From Lophium mytilinum (taxonomy: Eukaryota), in contig MU004197.1 in NCBI GenBank assembly GCA_010093605.1, positions 620,001 to 684,000 on the forward strand: a stretch of DNA of 64,000 nucleotides. Reading direction: 5' to 3'. The notes under the pieces are model-generated. The model worked only from the letters and a program-made list of their open reading frames with translations, was not told the origin of the DNA and did no database searches. Below are positions 12,274 through 23,140 of the stretch, in pieces. Both the position numbers and the translations under genes were made by a program. How positions within the stretch are numbered: position 1 is the stretch's first letter; every line of letters starts with the position of its first letter.

Positions 12274-13189
12274 GGGTAAGGGTAGAGGTAAAAGTAGAGG
12301 TAGATGATGACGAGGAAGAACGGGAAAGAATGGAGTGGTAATGGGTGGGGATTTTATACTGCATTACGCATGGACGGTGTTCAGGGATTTTAGACACACT
12401 CATAATTATCATATAGTTAATGAGCTAGTCTGATCTACGATGCTGTTCGTAATCCATTTCGTTATGGCTTAGTGTATACGCGCCTGGCACTGCTCGGAAT
12501 GCCTAAATGCTTTTCTCAACGTTAAGTAGCATGAGGTATTGAGCGCCATGTAAACTTGTGGGCTGAGTCCAAATAGCAGACAATGGCTGTACATGGATTG
12601 AATGTCTACGTACAGATATATCCATAGTAATACATAGCATAGTTACCAGCGTTCATCTCTTGAATGTCAGCAGACGGTAACATCAGTTTCGCTAGCCTTT
12701 AGATTCCTCCTTCCATCAAGGCAGTGCGCTAGATAGCGAATTAAATAACTAGATCTTGGAAGAGCAAAATAAGACACGTCCGGATGCAATGACCTGAAGG
12801 TTTATCCATGTAATGAAGCTAGGCAAAGGAGGCATATATCTAGGTATGTACGAAAGAGCCGGGGTGCGCCTCCTATGTCCAAGCCAAACGTATACTCTAT
12901 CGCTCCAGATGTTCGAATCACGCAGAGAAACCACGGTACGTGACTGCGAAATATGCACAGACCTACACTGGCAATTTGACATACCTTTCACGACGTGTGA
13001 TACGTCCAACTGGTTCCATGTTCCTGAGCATCCGCTTCCACATATCATTGGTGAATGACTCCCGTCGTCGCCGCAGTGAGCAGAATGCTCAACCACGGTT
13101 CTCTCCTGCCCACATGATGAAAATTCCAAAACTCACTCGCATCTGTCTTCTCTCATCTCCTCTCACCTTCACCAATACCGATACTAAAA

Positions 13190-13991
13190 ATGACATCCAA
13201 CGGCGAGCCTACCGGATCTGGGGCCGCTTTACCTAGCCAGCCGACCAGCTCTATGCCAGACGCTACGAGCACCAAACGCGCAGCCTCCACGTCTCCCCCG
13301 GCGGACGAGGCTACTGTCAAGCGTGTTGTTAAGAGACAGCGTTTCCTCCCGGAGCGTGTCCAGCAGCCGTGGGCAAACGTTGCTTCCCCCTCCGTGGCGG
13401 GAGTTGTAAGTAACGGCCTGGTATGTAACTCCCAAACTTTCTAGCAATACTCAACTTCCTAACGATACTTCAGGTCCGAGAACCAACCAAGCAGCAGAGG
13501 ATACTCCCTCGAATACCGGAACTGGATGTCGCTCTCGCTCCTACAGCCAATAATGCGAGTAACACCTCTAGATGCGGCTACGAAGCTTGCTAACTTTACT
13601 CTAGGTGCACGTTGAGCCTCCGGAAAGGCAGTTGATGTTTCCACCGATCCTGTCGCAGGGCCTTCCTGATGAGCCGGTACGCGAAAAATTCTACGCTGTG
13701 TTCAAGGAGCTGCGCAGTTATTTCCGTAACTTGGCCGCGCAGGCTCGCTGGGAGGCTCTCAAGCCGAAACTGGATCAAGCGGAGCGGAAGAGGGTTGAAG
13801 AGGATACTTTCGGCCTACCCGTTACCTTGATTAGTGACACCGCTGCTGCTCAAGGGCTTGATTACGAGACGGAAGTGAGGAATTATATGAACTGGAAATG
13901 GGAGAAGGATGCGAAGGATCTTTATATGGATACTCGTATCACGGAGTTTGAGTTGTATGCGCTGCACGGGCGTGTGTGGAACAGACAGTAG
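13190..13991 (+). CDS. Hypothetical protein, probably 3 exons (13190-13420, 13474-13554, 13605-13991)
   Basis: GTATGT...CTAAC...CAG intron plus a second intron with a GCTAAC...TAG acceptor that needs a GC donor to keep the frame; NLS-like KRVVKRQR. Confidence 0.5.
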
Positions 13992-14434
13992 CTGTTCTAC
14001 AGAGCCGTGGCAGGGACGTGGCGGTGGCTTTGAGGAGTCTCCTGATACCTGGATACAGCCCCAAATTTTCTATCTTCCTTTGCGGAGGGTTAGCATATCG
14101 TTAGCCAATATTAATGATATGTGATTTTGCGCTGTTAAAAGCGGTTTACGCAAAATGAAAGACTCAAAATGACATCTAAAAAGCCTAACCACAAAAACAG
14201 GGCTATAGCAAAGATGGATTGAAGGCACCAAGTAAAACGTTCGTGGGAGCTATGCACCCACCAAGCTTTGGCATACCTATCCTAAACTTCCAAAGTTCGG
14301 ATACTGTGGCTCTTTCTGTTATTCGACCCACGGTACCGCTTTCCCTCTTGATTATGAGAAGCCCACACGCCCACCGGCTCAAACCTTCGCTTTTCACACA
14401 CCCTCCAACTTTCAAAGGCCTCAACAGCATCAAG

Positions 14435-14848
14435 ATGATGACCACTACCAGCACAGACAGCGATGCCTTAACGATCGAATCTGCCGCTCTGGGAGGCGCA
14501 AACGCCGCTATCGAAGGGATTCTGCAGCTCGAAGAGGCACACGACTGTCGGAGCGACCTGAAGGCCGACCTCGGAGAGCTGGAAATGGACTTGCACAGGA
14601 TTGATCAAGAGTTGGGGACGTTGAAACGGCATATGGGAGAAATACGGTCTTTCACGTCCCCCGAGCCGACGGACGACATTCCTGATATCACGAGAAAAGG
14701 GGCAGTGGGGCAGCCGCGCCGGATACAAGCTCTGCGGAAGGCCCAAATTGACAGGTTAGAGAAGGAAGAGAACAGGAAGAAGAAGAAGAAGAAGAAGTCG
14801 AAAACGTGGGATGATAGCGAAGGAGGGAAGTCTGGGAAGCAGAGATGA
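14435..14848 (+). CDS. Hypothetical small coiled-coil protein with a Lys-rich C-terminus
   Basis: Open frame with heptad pattern (LKADLGELEMDLHRIDQELGTL) and RKKKKKKSK; no recognised family. Confidence 0.5.
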   Translation: MMTTTSTDSDALTIESAALGGANAAIEGILQLEEAHDCRSDLKADLGELEMDLHRIDQELGTLKRHMGEIRSFTSPEPTDDIPDITRKGAVGQPRRIQALRKAQIDRLEKEENRKKKKKKKSKTWDDSEGGKSGKQR

Positions 14849-15036
14849 AGCTAAGGCATCACGTGCCCGTGGCGTTCTAGGTCGTCTGTGCCATCTCTAT
14901 TAACACGACTAAAACTTAAAGCATCAACGTCAACGACTTCGGACACGCATCTACAAATCTCAATCGCAACATCTCGACCTCTCAAACGAATCAGTATCTC
15001 CACAAATCCCCTTCAATCAAGCTTCCGCTCAGCAGA

Positions 15037-15452
15037 ATGGACTCCCTCGGTGGCGGCCCCGGCTTCAATGAACAAGACCTAGCAAAGCTCTCAGAGCGCG
15101 ACAAGCAAGAGCTGACGCAGTTTGTGCAAAACGAGTCGCAGAAGGCGAGGATACAGTCGGGTATGCTACACCCCTTCCCGTCTTCTCTCTTTCCAAAACC
15201 AAGATTCTCTCCCATCAATAGCCTCGAAATACATTCCTCGCCTCCCACGATCTTGAACCCATAAGCTAACATATTTCCATGACAGCCATTCACAACCTCA
15301 CCGACACTTGCTTCCGCAAATGTGTCACCTCCAAAATCGCGTCGAGGGAGCTGGATAAATACGAGCAGCCGTGTATGCAGAACTGTGTGGATCGGTGGAT
15401 GGATGCCAATAATGTTATTATGAAGGAGCTGCAGGCTTTGCAGAGGAATTAG
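15037..15452 (+). CDS. TIM8: Small Tim chaperone Tim8, exons 15037-15160 and 15286-15452
   Basis: ELTQFVQNESQKARIQ followed, after splicing, by the twin CX3C motif (CFRKC...CMQNCVDRW). Confidence 0.92.
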
Positions 15453-15866
15453 AGTGGTTGATGACGATATGAGGTTTATTCGTTAGATGATGGAGCGTAG
15501 CAACTGGCGACAGAGCTGTACGATACACTTTGCATGAGCGTCAGGGCTGGACTGGCGGAACAAGTCCACAGCATTGTACAACAATGGGTTTGAAGCGACA
15601 ATGACGACGGGTGCGGTCTGGCATTCTTCGTATAGCTCTAGATGTACAAATACAAAATTCCCCAACAAGGTCAAAATTCACGAACAAGTCATCACACGCA
15701 ATTCAAATCATCTGGCTGGCTAATCTCGGGCTTTGGATTCGAAGACTTTGAATTCGTCTTGTCGTAACTGCAGTCTAACGCCGTTCCATGCCACAATGAA
15801 AGAGCCCAGCCAGCCGTAGCCGGCATCTTCAACCCGCGCCCATGTCCCCATTTTAGATCCACACAC

Positions 15867-16589
15867 TTAAACAATCGCCAACTTGGTCGCCGCAATATCC
15901 AGAGCGTCGACGTCAGTGGTGAGCCGGGCGAAAGCCTTCTTGGAGCCGTCCGGGCGGATGAGGGTGTTGACCTTGACGCAGTCGACGTCGTACTGGGTTT
16001 TGAGCGCAGCCTTGATCTGGCGCTTGTTCGCCTTGACGTCGACGATGAAGACAAGGGTGTTGTTCTCCTCGATCTTCTTCATCGCGCTCTCGGTGTTGAG
16101 CGGGTGCACGAGGATCTTGGCGGCATCGAGACGGGGCTGGTGAGGGATGCTGCGGCGGGGGTACTTGGGAGCGCGGGACCTGAAGTCATAGAGTATTAGT
16201 ATCAATGCCAGAATTCGAGCTTTCGAGCCGAGAAGTGAGGTCGTGGTGCACTTACAGCTCGAGGGTTTTCGGCCTGTGGAACGAAGTCGAGTTTCGGACC
16301 TTGCGAACCTTGTGCGAATTTACCTTGATTGAAATGTGAGCATGTTGTGCGATTTCAAATCAAGGCAGTCAGAGATGGGGTTCTGACACGCCTCAAGTAG
16401 TGGTTCTTACGCCTCGTAGAGTCGCTTTGGCAGCGGCATTCGCCTGCTTGCCGGCCTTGGTGGGCTTTCCAGCTGTGAAGACGTTAGTGATGGCGCAAAA
16501 GACGGACGGTCGCTAAAGTGAGATCTAGCTGCGAAGCTGTGCTGCACACAGTCGATTGACATACCCTTCTTTGCGTCCTTTGGTGGCAT
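15867..16589 (-). CDS. RPL25: 60S ribosomal protein L25/uL23, 4 exons (16589-16565, 16472-16411, 16323-16256, 16179-15867), 155 aa
   Basis: [26 protein letters not shown] and [15 protein letters not shown] motifs. Confidence 0.97.
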
Positions 16590-16785
16590 CGTGATTGGCG
16601 ATGTGGTGGTTAAAGCTGGACGTTGAACTTGAGAAACAAATTCGTGGTGTGGACTGTTCGCGCTTCCCTCGGTTAGCGGACAGATTTGCGACTAGCGTCT
16701 CACGTGGGACTCATCCTTGCACAACTTTCATTGCATCTCCATCCTCTCGGAGCATGGCCTGAAAATTGCAATTGGACTCGCAAAA

Positions 16786-17676
16786 ATGGCAGTTAAGAAG
16801 CGCCCGAGCGGAAAATCGAAATCTCTATCCCATGGTCGGCCACCTGTGCTGTCTGGAGGGAAGGAACAGCCGCATTCACTGACATCGAAAGCCACAAGAA
16901 CACTGATCCGAACTCATCACAGGCTTCAAAAGCAACACGCCACTGCTGTCAAAGCCGGAGAGGCTACCAGGGCATCACAGCTCGAGAAAGAGATTGAAGA
17001 TAATGGAGGGTTAAAATTGTATCAGGTGGCCAGCATCAAAGGGCAGAGTGCTGAACGAGGCGGAGATTCCAGTCGAGTCTTGGTGGAGTGGCTAAGAGAA
17101 GATGGAGTCTTGAAGGGGGCACAGGAAAAATCTGCCGACGATTCTTCTAAGAGTTATGCCGTCCTTGAGGTTGGAGCGCTGTCTCCTACAAACGCTATAG
17201 CGCGGACTCCCAAGTTACATATCACGCGTATCGACCTCAACTCTCAAGACCCAGCCATCGCACAGCAAGATTTCATGGAAAGACCATTGCCGGAAGACCC
17301 CGAAGATCAATTTGATGTCATCTCCTTATCTCTGGTCTTGAACTATGTACCCGAGGCTGCCGCTCGAGGCGAAATGCTCAAAAGAACTTGCAGTTTCCTA
17401 CGCGCTCCGTCCCCAACTGCCCCTAGCCAGAATGGACTACCGGCGCTCTTCTTGGTACTCCCTGCTCCCTGTGTCAACAACTCTAGATACTTGACCGAGG
17501 AGTATTTGGTGCTGATCATGAGCTCGCTCGGGTACCAGCTCAAGCACAAGAAACTATCTGCCAAGCTAGTGTACTATTGGTGGTCATACACTGGGGAGAC
17601 AAAAAGTCGGAAGGTGCCAAAGAAGAAGCTCAAAGATGGTTTACATCAAAACAACTTTTGTGTTGTACTGGAATGA
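16786..17676 (+). CDS. BMT2: 25S rRNA adenine-N1 methyltransferase Bmt2
   Basis: GGLKLYQVASIKGQSAERGGDSS, LEVGALS, IDLNSQ, QQDFMERPLP, SLSLVLNYVP and NNFCVVL motifs. Confidence 0.92.
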   Translation: MAVKKRPSGKSKSLSHGRPPVLSGGKEQPHSLTSKATRTLIRTHHRLQKQHATAVKAGEATRASQLEKEIEDNGGLKLYQVASIKGQSAERGGDSSRVLVEWLREDGVLKGAQEKSADDSSKSYAVLEVGALSPTNAIARTPKLHITRIDLNSQDPAIAQQDFMERPLPEDPEDQFDVISLSLVLNYVPEAAARGEMLKRTCSFLRAPSPTAPSQNGLPALFLVLPAPCVNNSRYLTEEYLVLIMSSLGYQLKHKKLSAKLVYYWWSYTGETKSRKVPKKKLKDGLHQNNFCVVLE

Positions 17677-17855
17677 AGGGGGGAAGAAGGTTGTCCACCT
17701 AGTCTTGATCACGAACGGAGGACCATGTTCTCCATCAACATACTCAGCGATTCTGCCGCACAGGATCTAGTCTAGCGAAGAAGTAACACGCTCAAATCAA
17801 AGGTGTTGTCCTATCAAAAGCCGCCTCCTCCACTCCAGTCGTACTCGTATCTCCC

Positions 17856-18173
17856 CTAGGTACTCCGTCCCATTTCACTCTCGACAGGGCCTAGACATCT
17901 TTCCATAAACTCCATCGCTCGATGTCTATCCAGAAATCTCGACTTTTTGTAAATGGCTCGCGACATTTGTAGCCGCTCTTTGACCCAGAAGACCTTATCG
18001 TGCGGCCTTGCTCCCAATCGTCGCGCAACCTCGATCTCATCGTCCGTAGGCGGTGCATTGTAATTGCCCTTCGCGAGTGCGATGCAGGCTGCTAGTCGGT
18101 ACGGGTATCCGTAAATTGCGTCGACTTGGGATATGCGCGTTTGCTTCATCTCGAAGACCAAGTCGCTGTCCAT
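17856..18173 (-). CDS. Possible small hypothetical protein or gene remnant
   Basis: 105-aa ORF of protein-like composition; I could not build a clean upstream exon structure. Confidence 0.25.
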   Translation of the reverse strand: MDSDLVFEMKQTRISQVDAIYGYPYRLAACIALAKGNYNAPPTDDEIEVARRLGARPHDKVFWVKERLQMSRAIYKKSRFLDRHRAMEFMERCLGPVESEMGRST

Positions 18174-19342
18174 TTTGAGAGTGGGATCGAGTGCTCGAAT
18201 GTACTAGGGCGGGTTGGGACCCAGTTCCGGGTTACCCATGGCTGTATAGTTTTGCGCGGTTGGTGGATGATGAAGTGCTGCACCGCCGATGAAGAGTCCG
18301 TCTAGGTTGTTGGTCCTCTTGCTCGTGTCCTCTGCATCTCTCTCCCGTCCAAAGGAGGGCAAACCATGTTACATACCGAGGTATTTGGCGAAGACATGGC
18401 CTCAGCCTCAAGGTGGGCGCTGTCTTATCAGAAGCGTGAGTGCTCAGCCTCGTTGCGATTGCGCTTGTTTATAACTCAACTCTGCTTTGCGCGCTCCATC
18501 TCCGCAAGTCGCGATAGTAGTCAACTGCAAGGCGGGCACAGCCTCACATGCTCGCTATTTCTCCCCCGGTTTGGGTTAAGCGCTGCACGACTCCAGACCA
18601 CCACACACAACATCGACAGCAAGTCAACCTACAGCCACCCGTGTCACCTGCAGGACCGCAGATTTCACAACGATCAACACGCCACAAACCACAACTCAAG
18701 GCCGCGAAACCTTGCCGTCTGAAAAGCCACAATCCTCCCCTCGATCAGGGGCGTTTCTTCCTCCCATTTGCGTAGGATCCTTGCAATGGGGGCGAGCCTC
18801 ATGCACTCATGGGCAGGTTTCGCAGCCAATTCTCTGTTGCCTAATGCTCCCCCGGCCAGCAGCCTCCCATGTCGCTTTCCTCGGGTTCTTATCCCGGCCG
18901 GTAAGATGCAGGGGGAGCAAAGACTTTTGCCCGACCCCATGTCGGGCCGGTAGTACTGATCACGTGGTATCCCGAACCAGCCCCCCGAAGCCGACATGAT
19001 AGGCCAGACCAACCCGCCAAGGCAGCTGAAATGCAGCACAGCTTCCCGCGAAGCTTGGCCTCATTAATTACTTGGACTAAAATCAGCCCAAAGGCGCCCT
19101 CGCCTTGTCTTGTCTAACTATGCCAGCCAAACGAAGTGGCTGGCCACGGGATAACCTCGTATTGAGCAGATCGCATCTTTCGTGGACTTAAATCAGCCTT
19201 ATGCCCACCACCATGAGCTTTCTGACGGTGCTACATCCCATTGCTTGTAGTGCTACCCGACTATATTGACAAACTGATCCCTCTGTCCACACGCGCTTCT
19301 GGCCCCCAAACGAGACTAGCCAATCCCCAGTCGAGGATCACC

Positions 19343-20645
19343 ATGGTGTCGATGCGATTCTTTGCAATTGGCGCCGGTCTGACCCTCGCGCAACTTGCTA
19401 TTGCAGACTCTGGGTTACTCCCGCGTGCGCCTTTCGAAGCCTTTGGAATCGTCAAGGAACAAGAGGAGGCGACCACTAACGAGTACGCTGCAAACTTTGC
19501 GCCTCATGCAACCCTCGGAGAAAAGAACGCGTCTCTGCCTTTGGTAAAAGAAAGGTCCCTGGAACTCGAGGAGAGGCAAACGTGCAACCCTGGATATGGG
19601 TATTGCTCTGGTAAGTGTATTCTTGGTCTACTTCTAGCCATTTCAAACGCCAATAGTTTTCTGTCACCCTTCCTGCTATCACCTCGACTAACGTGGAACA
19701 GCTTTTGGGAGATGCTGCCCGAGCACGGACAACTGCTGCCCTTACGGCTATTGCATCGACCCCGCCGACACCTGTTGTCCAGACGGCCCCTGCAGGCCAA
19801 ACTGGGGATGCTGCGGGCCCAATTGCTATCCGAAAGGCGGGGACTGTTGTAGCGACTACAATTATTGCGAGGCGGGTAACATGTGTGTGAAACTTGGGTC
19901 AACCGGCGAGATCGTCTGCTGTACGGATCTCCAGTGCACCGCCGCAGTTGTGAGCGGAACAACCTCATACGTCTCTACTCAAGATTTCTCTACTCAAGAA
20001 TTCTCCACTCCAGTCTTCTCGACTGCAGCTGCCTCTATTACGCCTCCCCCCAGCGCCACTGCTCAAGCGACGAGCCTTGTCGGCGGTGCCGACGAATGGT
20101 ACTGGACTGTGACTTGGTAAGGCTCTTCCCTATCCCCATCATACGTGTTTTCAGTGCTAATAGACCCCAGGTGGTACCTTCAATTCTATTGGACCGTTTT
20201 GAAAACCTCGGAAGTTACTTGGACGACGATCTACGAGACAACAACCTTTACCACCACTGCAACAGATAGAGCGCAGGCTTTGTCCGAGTTCTCTGCACTG
20301 TCCGCCACTCTCACCTTCCCAGTACCCGCGGACGCACAAACCTCGTTGATCTATTTCCTCACGGCCCAGCCATCCCAGACAGATAGTTTCCCATCCGCAA
20401 CGGGCTTTACCTTCAACCCGAATGCATTCAGTAGCAGTGTTCAACCTAGCGAGGTGACTATCATAAAGACTGCAGCGCAACACACATCCACAACCACAAC
20501 CACCTCGAGCAGCATCACAGTTCAATCAAGTTCAAGCACAGCTACTCCTGCTCCTGGCGCGGGAGTTCAAGCAGTACAGGTGGGGTACTTATCCCTGGTT
20601 GGCGCATTGGTGGCTGTACCGGGAGTGTTGATGGTGTGGCTTTGA
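19343..20645 (+). CDS. GPI-anchored, Cys-rich, Ser/Thr-rich cell-surface protein, exons 19343-19610, 19702-20116, 20171-20645, ~385 aa
   Basis: Signal peptide; pro-region ending ERQ; ~20 Cys with six CC doublets; S/T stalk; hydrophobic C-terminal GPI-type signal. Confidence 0.85.
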
Positions 20646-21404
20646 GTCTTACGACTAGAACTCACTTTCGGTGTCAAGATGCTTACGATGATTTTGATTT
20701 GATAAGGGTAATGCCCACTATGGGAATAAATCTGCTCGCCCCGAATACTTAATATCTGTAACCTCATTTCTTGAAGATATAAGACCTTCTTGAGCGATCT
20801 GCGTCACGTTGAAAAACGGAATCCTGCTTCTGCTGCCCTTACCCCACATCCCAAGTGGTACAACTCTCCGCCTCTTTTTTCTCCACACTGCTGCATCACA
20901 ATGGTGTAGCCTTGTGCAAGCTTCACTCGGGACCGTCGATATCACATGCCCGTTCCCTTCCGCTGCCTTCGGCTCTTTGTCTGCCTGGCCATTGTCCCGT
21001 CTTGGTGACGTTGGATCAACCTTTTCCAATATTGAGATTATCCTACTTCGGTTTGTCTCCTTTCCGTTACAAGTTTGCTGCATTCCAACGTCACAAGCTC
21101 CAATCAGCTTGCTCGGTTCAAACCTTGGTGTCTCAAATGACAGTACAAGTTTGCTCGATCCCGTGTCTGCACGGCAAATTCCCTTCCACACAAGGCCTGC
21201 GTCACGTTATTTGCCTTCATGACTGCTTAGCAGGGTGTCGACGACCATAAATTGAGATGAGGCTTCCGCTTTCATACTGGAACTGATATCCGAGAGAAAG
21301 AAGATCACAAACTCGACGCCGGTATTGCAAGGTTATCGGACCTGACTTTGTCTTCAGTCGACCTCGCAAAATTATTAGGAGGAATTGAACCACTCGACTG
21401 AACC

Positions 21405-22100
21405 ATGCCTCCCCGAAAACATCAGCGAGTACACCAATGGGAGCAAGCCTATGTCCCAGACCCACGATACTTTCATTACGACTATCAAGAACCCTCAATG
21501 ATGCACCAACCGCCTTCACCTCACCAAACTCACCACCATCCCTATCAGAAGCCCCAGCACCACCACGACCTCCCTGACGAGACGTACTTCAGCGGCGAAT
21601 CCCTCAGCGACGACGACTACGCACGGCGTGACCGCAAGCCTCCCCATCGCCACCAAACACACAGCAACCATCATCTCACTCCAGCGCCGTCGTATTCGCG
21701 CCACCTACCCAGCATGAGCACTTACCCCATCAGACACCGCCAGAGTTCTATCAGAGATGACAACGGTAGCTTTATCTTCCCTGAGAAACCGATTCACGTC
21801 GATATCACGGTTTTAGATAATGGCTATGTGGTCAACCGCATCCAGACGAGCATGGGCCAGATGAGCATTCGAGAGATGAGGCGTGGGATCTTCAAGAATC
21901 CGGCGTTTGGTGTTCAGCCTGGGGCGAGGCTGATGATTGATGTGCATGGGGATGAGCTGGACTCGACGCAGTTTGATCCCAAAGACAGCGTCAAGTCGGT
22001 GCTTGGTCCAAATCGAATGCTAAGGGGGGTGATACACCAGGGGCATGGCTATGGACGTTCTGGGCATAGGCAAGGCGCGATGCGGTCGTTGCAGTATTGA
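21405..22100 (+). CDS. Hypothetical protein: His/Pro-rich disordered N-terminus plus a small globular C-terminal domain
   Basis: Single 231-aa ORF with coding-like codon usage. Confidence 0.65.
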   Translation: MPPRKHQRVHQWEQAYVPDPRYFHYDYQEPSMMHQPPSPHQTHHHPYQKPQHHHDLPDETYFSGESLSDDDYARRDRKPPHRHQTHSNHHLTPAPSYSRHLPSMSTYPIRHRQSSIRDDNGSFIFPEKPIHVDITVLDNGYVVNRIQTSMGQMSIREMRRGIFKNPAFGVQPGARLMIDVHGDELDSTQFDPKDSVKSVLGPNRMLRGVIHQGHGYGRSGHRQGAMRSLQY

Positions 22101-23140
22101 GGTGAAGGGGGATGGTTCGTTCGCGACTTTGGTAGCGTGGATAGCGTCTCTTCGGTCTTGCTAGCGTTTGGGATTTGTGCTATTGTAGGTAGCACTTTTG
22201 GAGTTTCTGTCCGTGTTCGAAAATGCATTACGCTCCACAGGCGAAAGAGTTTCGAGGTTGATGAGTGAAGTGGCCTGGATCACGTGATAAATCCTATACC
22301 ACGTGCGATTTCGACGAGTATACCTATGGTAAATCGCCGACTCGCCTACAGCTTCCAGATGATTAGAGCGAATTAGATTGATTCTTCCATCTCGTGCAAC
22401 CTACGTGGTGTTATGGTACTCAAGTCCACGGGTCCTCCCAGGGCAGATCTTCGGGCTGCAAGATTTCGGCGATGAGGGCTCGGCTGCGTAGGTACTCTAT
22501 CATCACCTTGGGGAAAGGTCATGATGCGAGGCTTGCGACATCAACCAACCCACAATCAGCCCGCCCTCGATCTGTCGTTCTTCCTATCCTGGCCCAATCA
22601 ATCCGCTCACAAAAGTTGCTCTTGCCATCAACATCCGCCATAGCCAATCTGCTCCCGCTTGGCCTGCTCCCACCAAAGAACTAAGCCTCCCCAGTGTCAC
22701 CACCGCATCCGCCTTGTCTTCTACTGCAGCCTCCCGCCCTATTTAGAACTACAACAATCCAGCTGTTGGCCTTTCTCTTCTCATATCCCTTTGTACTAGT
22801 CAATAACACGTGGAAAGTCCTGCGATCTGCTGTAGCCTGCCAGACTGTTCCGGACAACTGACAAGCACGTTGTCGAATCGCTTTCAACCCTAATTTATAG
22901 CTGCGACCTTCCTCCTCTCTCCGCGCAGTTCGAAACTTTCACCCCGTCCATCGTTGAACCGCCGCCGAGCCCTAGCACCCTCCCCTGCGATCTATCTACA
23001 TCTTCTTGCGACACGGCATTAAGCAACGGAGCGCGGATACTCTACGCGAGAGGTGGCAGCAAAGCTTAACTCGAGCTCATCAGTCTGTGCGACTCACTTT
23101 ACATTCACCGTAACGCCTCTCCTGCCTCCCGTGAATACAT

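Noticed and set aside
22885..22893. CAACCCTAA telomerase-template-like 9-mer
   Set aside because: It sits ~250 nt upstream of the HSF1 start, with no room or evident structure for a telomerase RNA.
22925..22941. Heat-shock element upstream of HSF1
   Set aside because: GAA/TTC spacing does not fit nGAAn inverted repeats.
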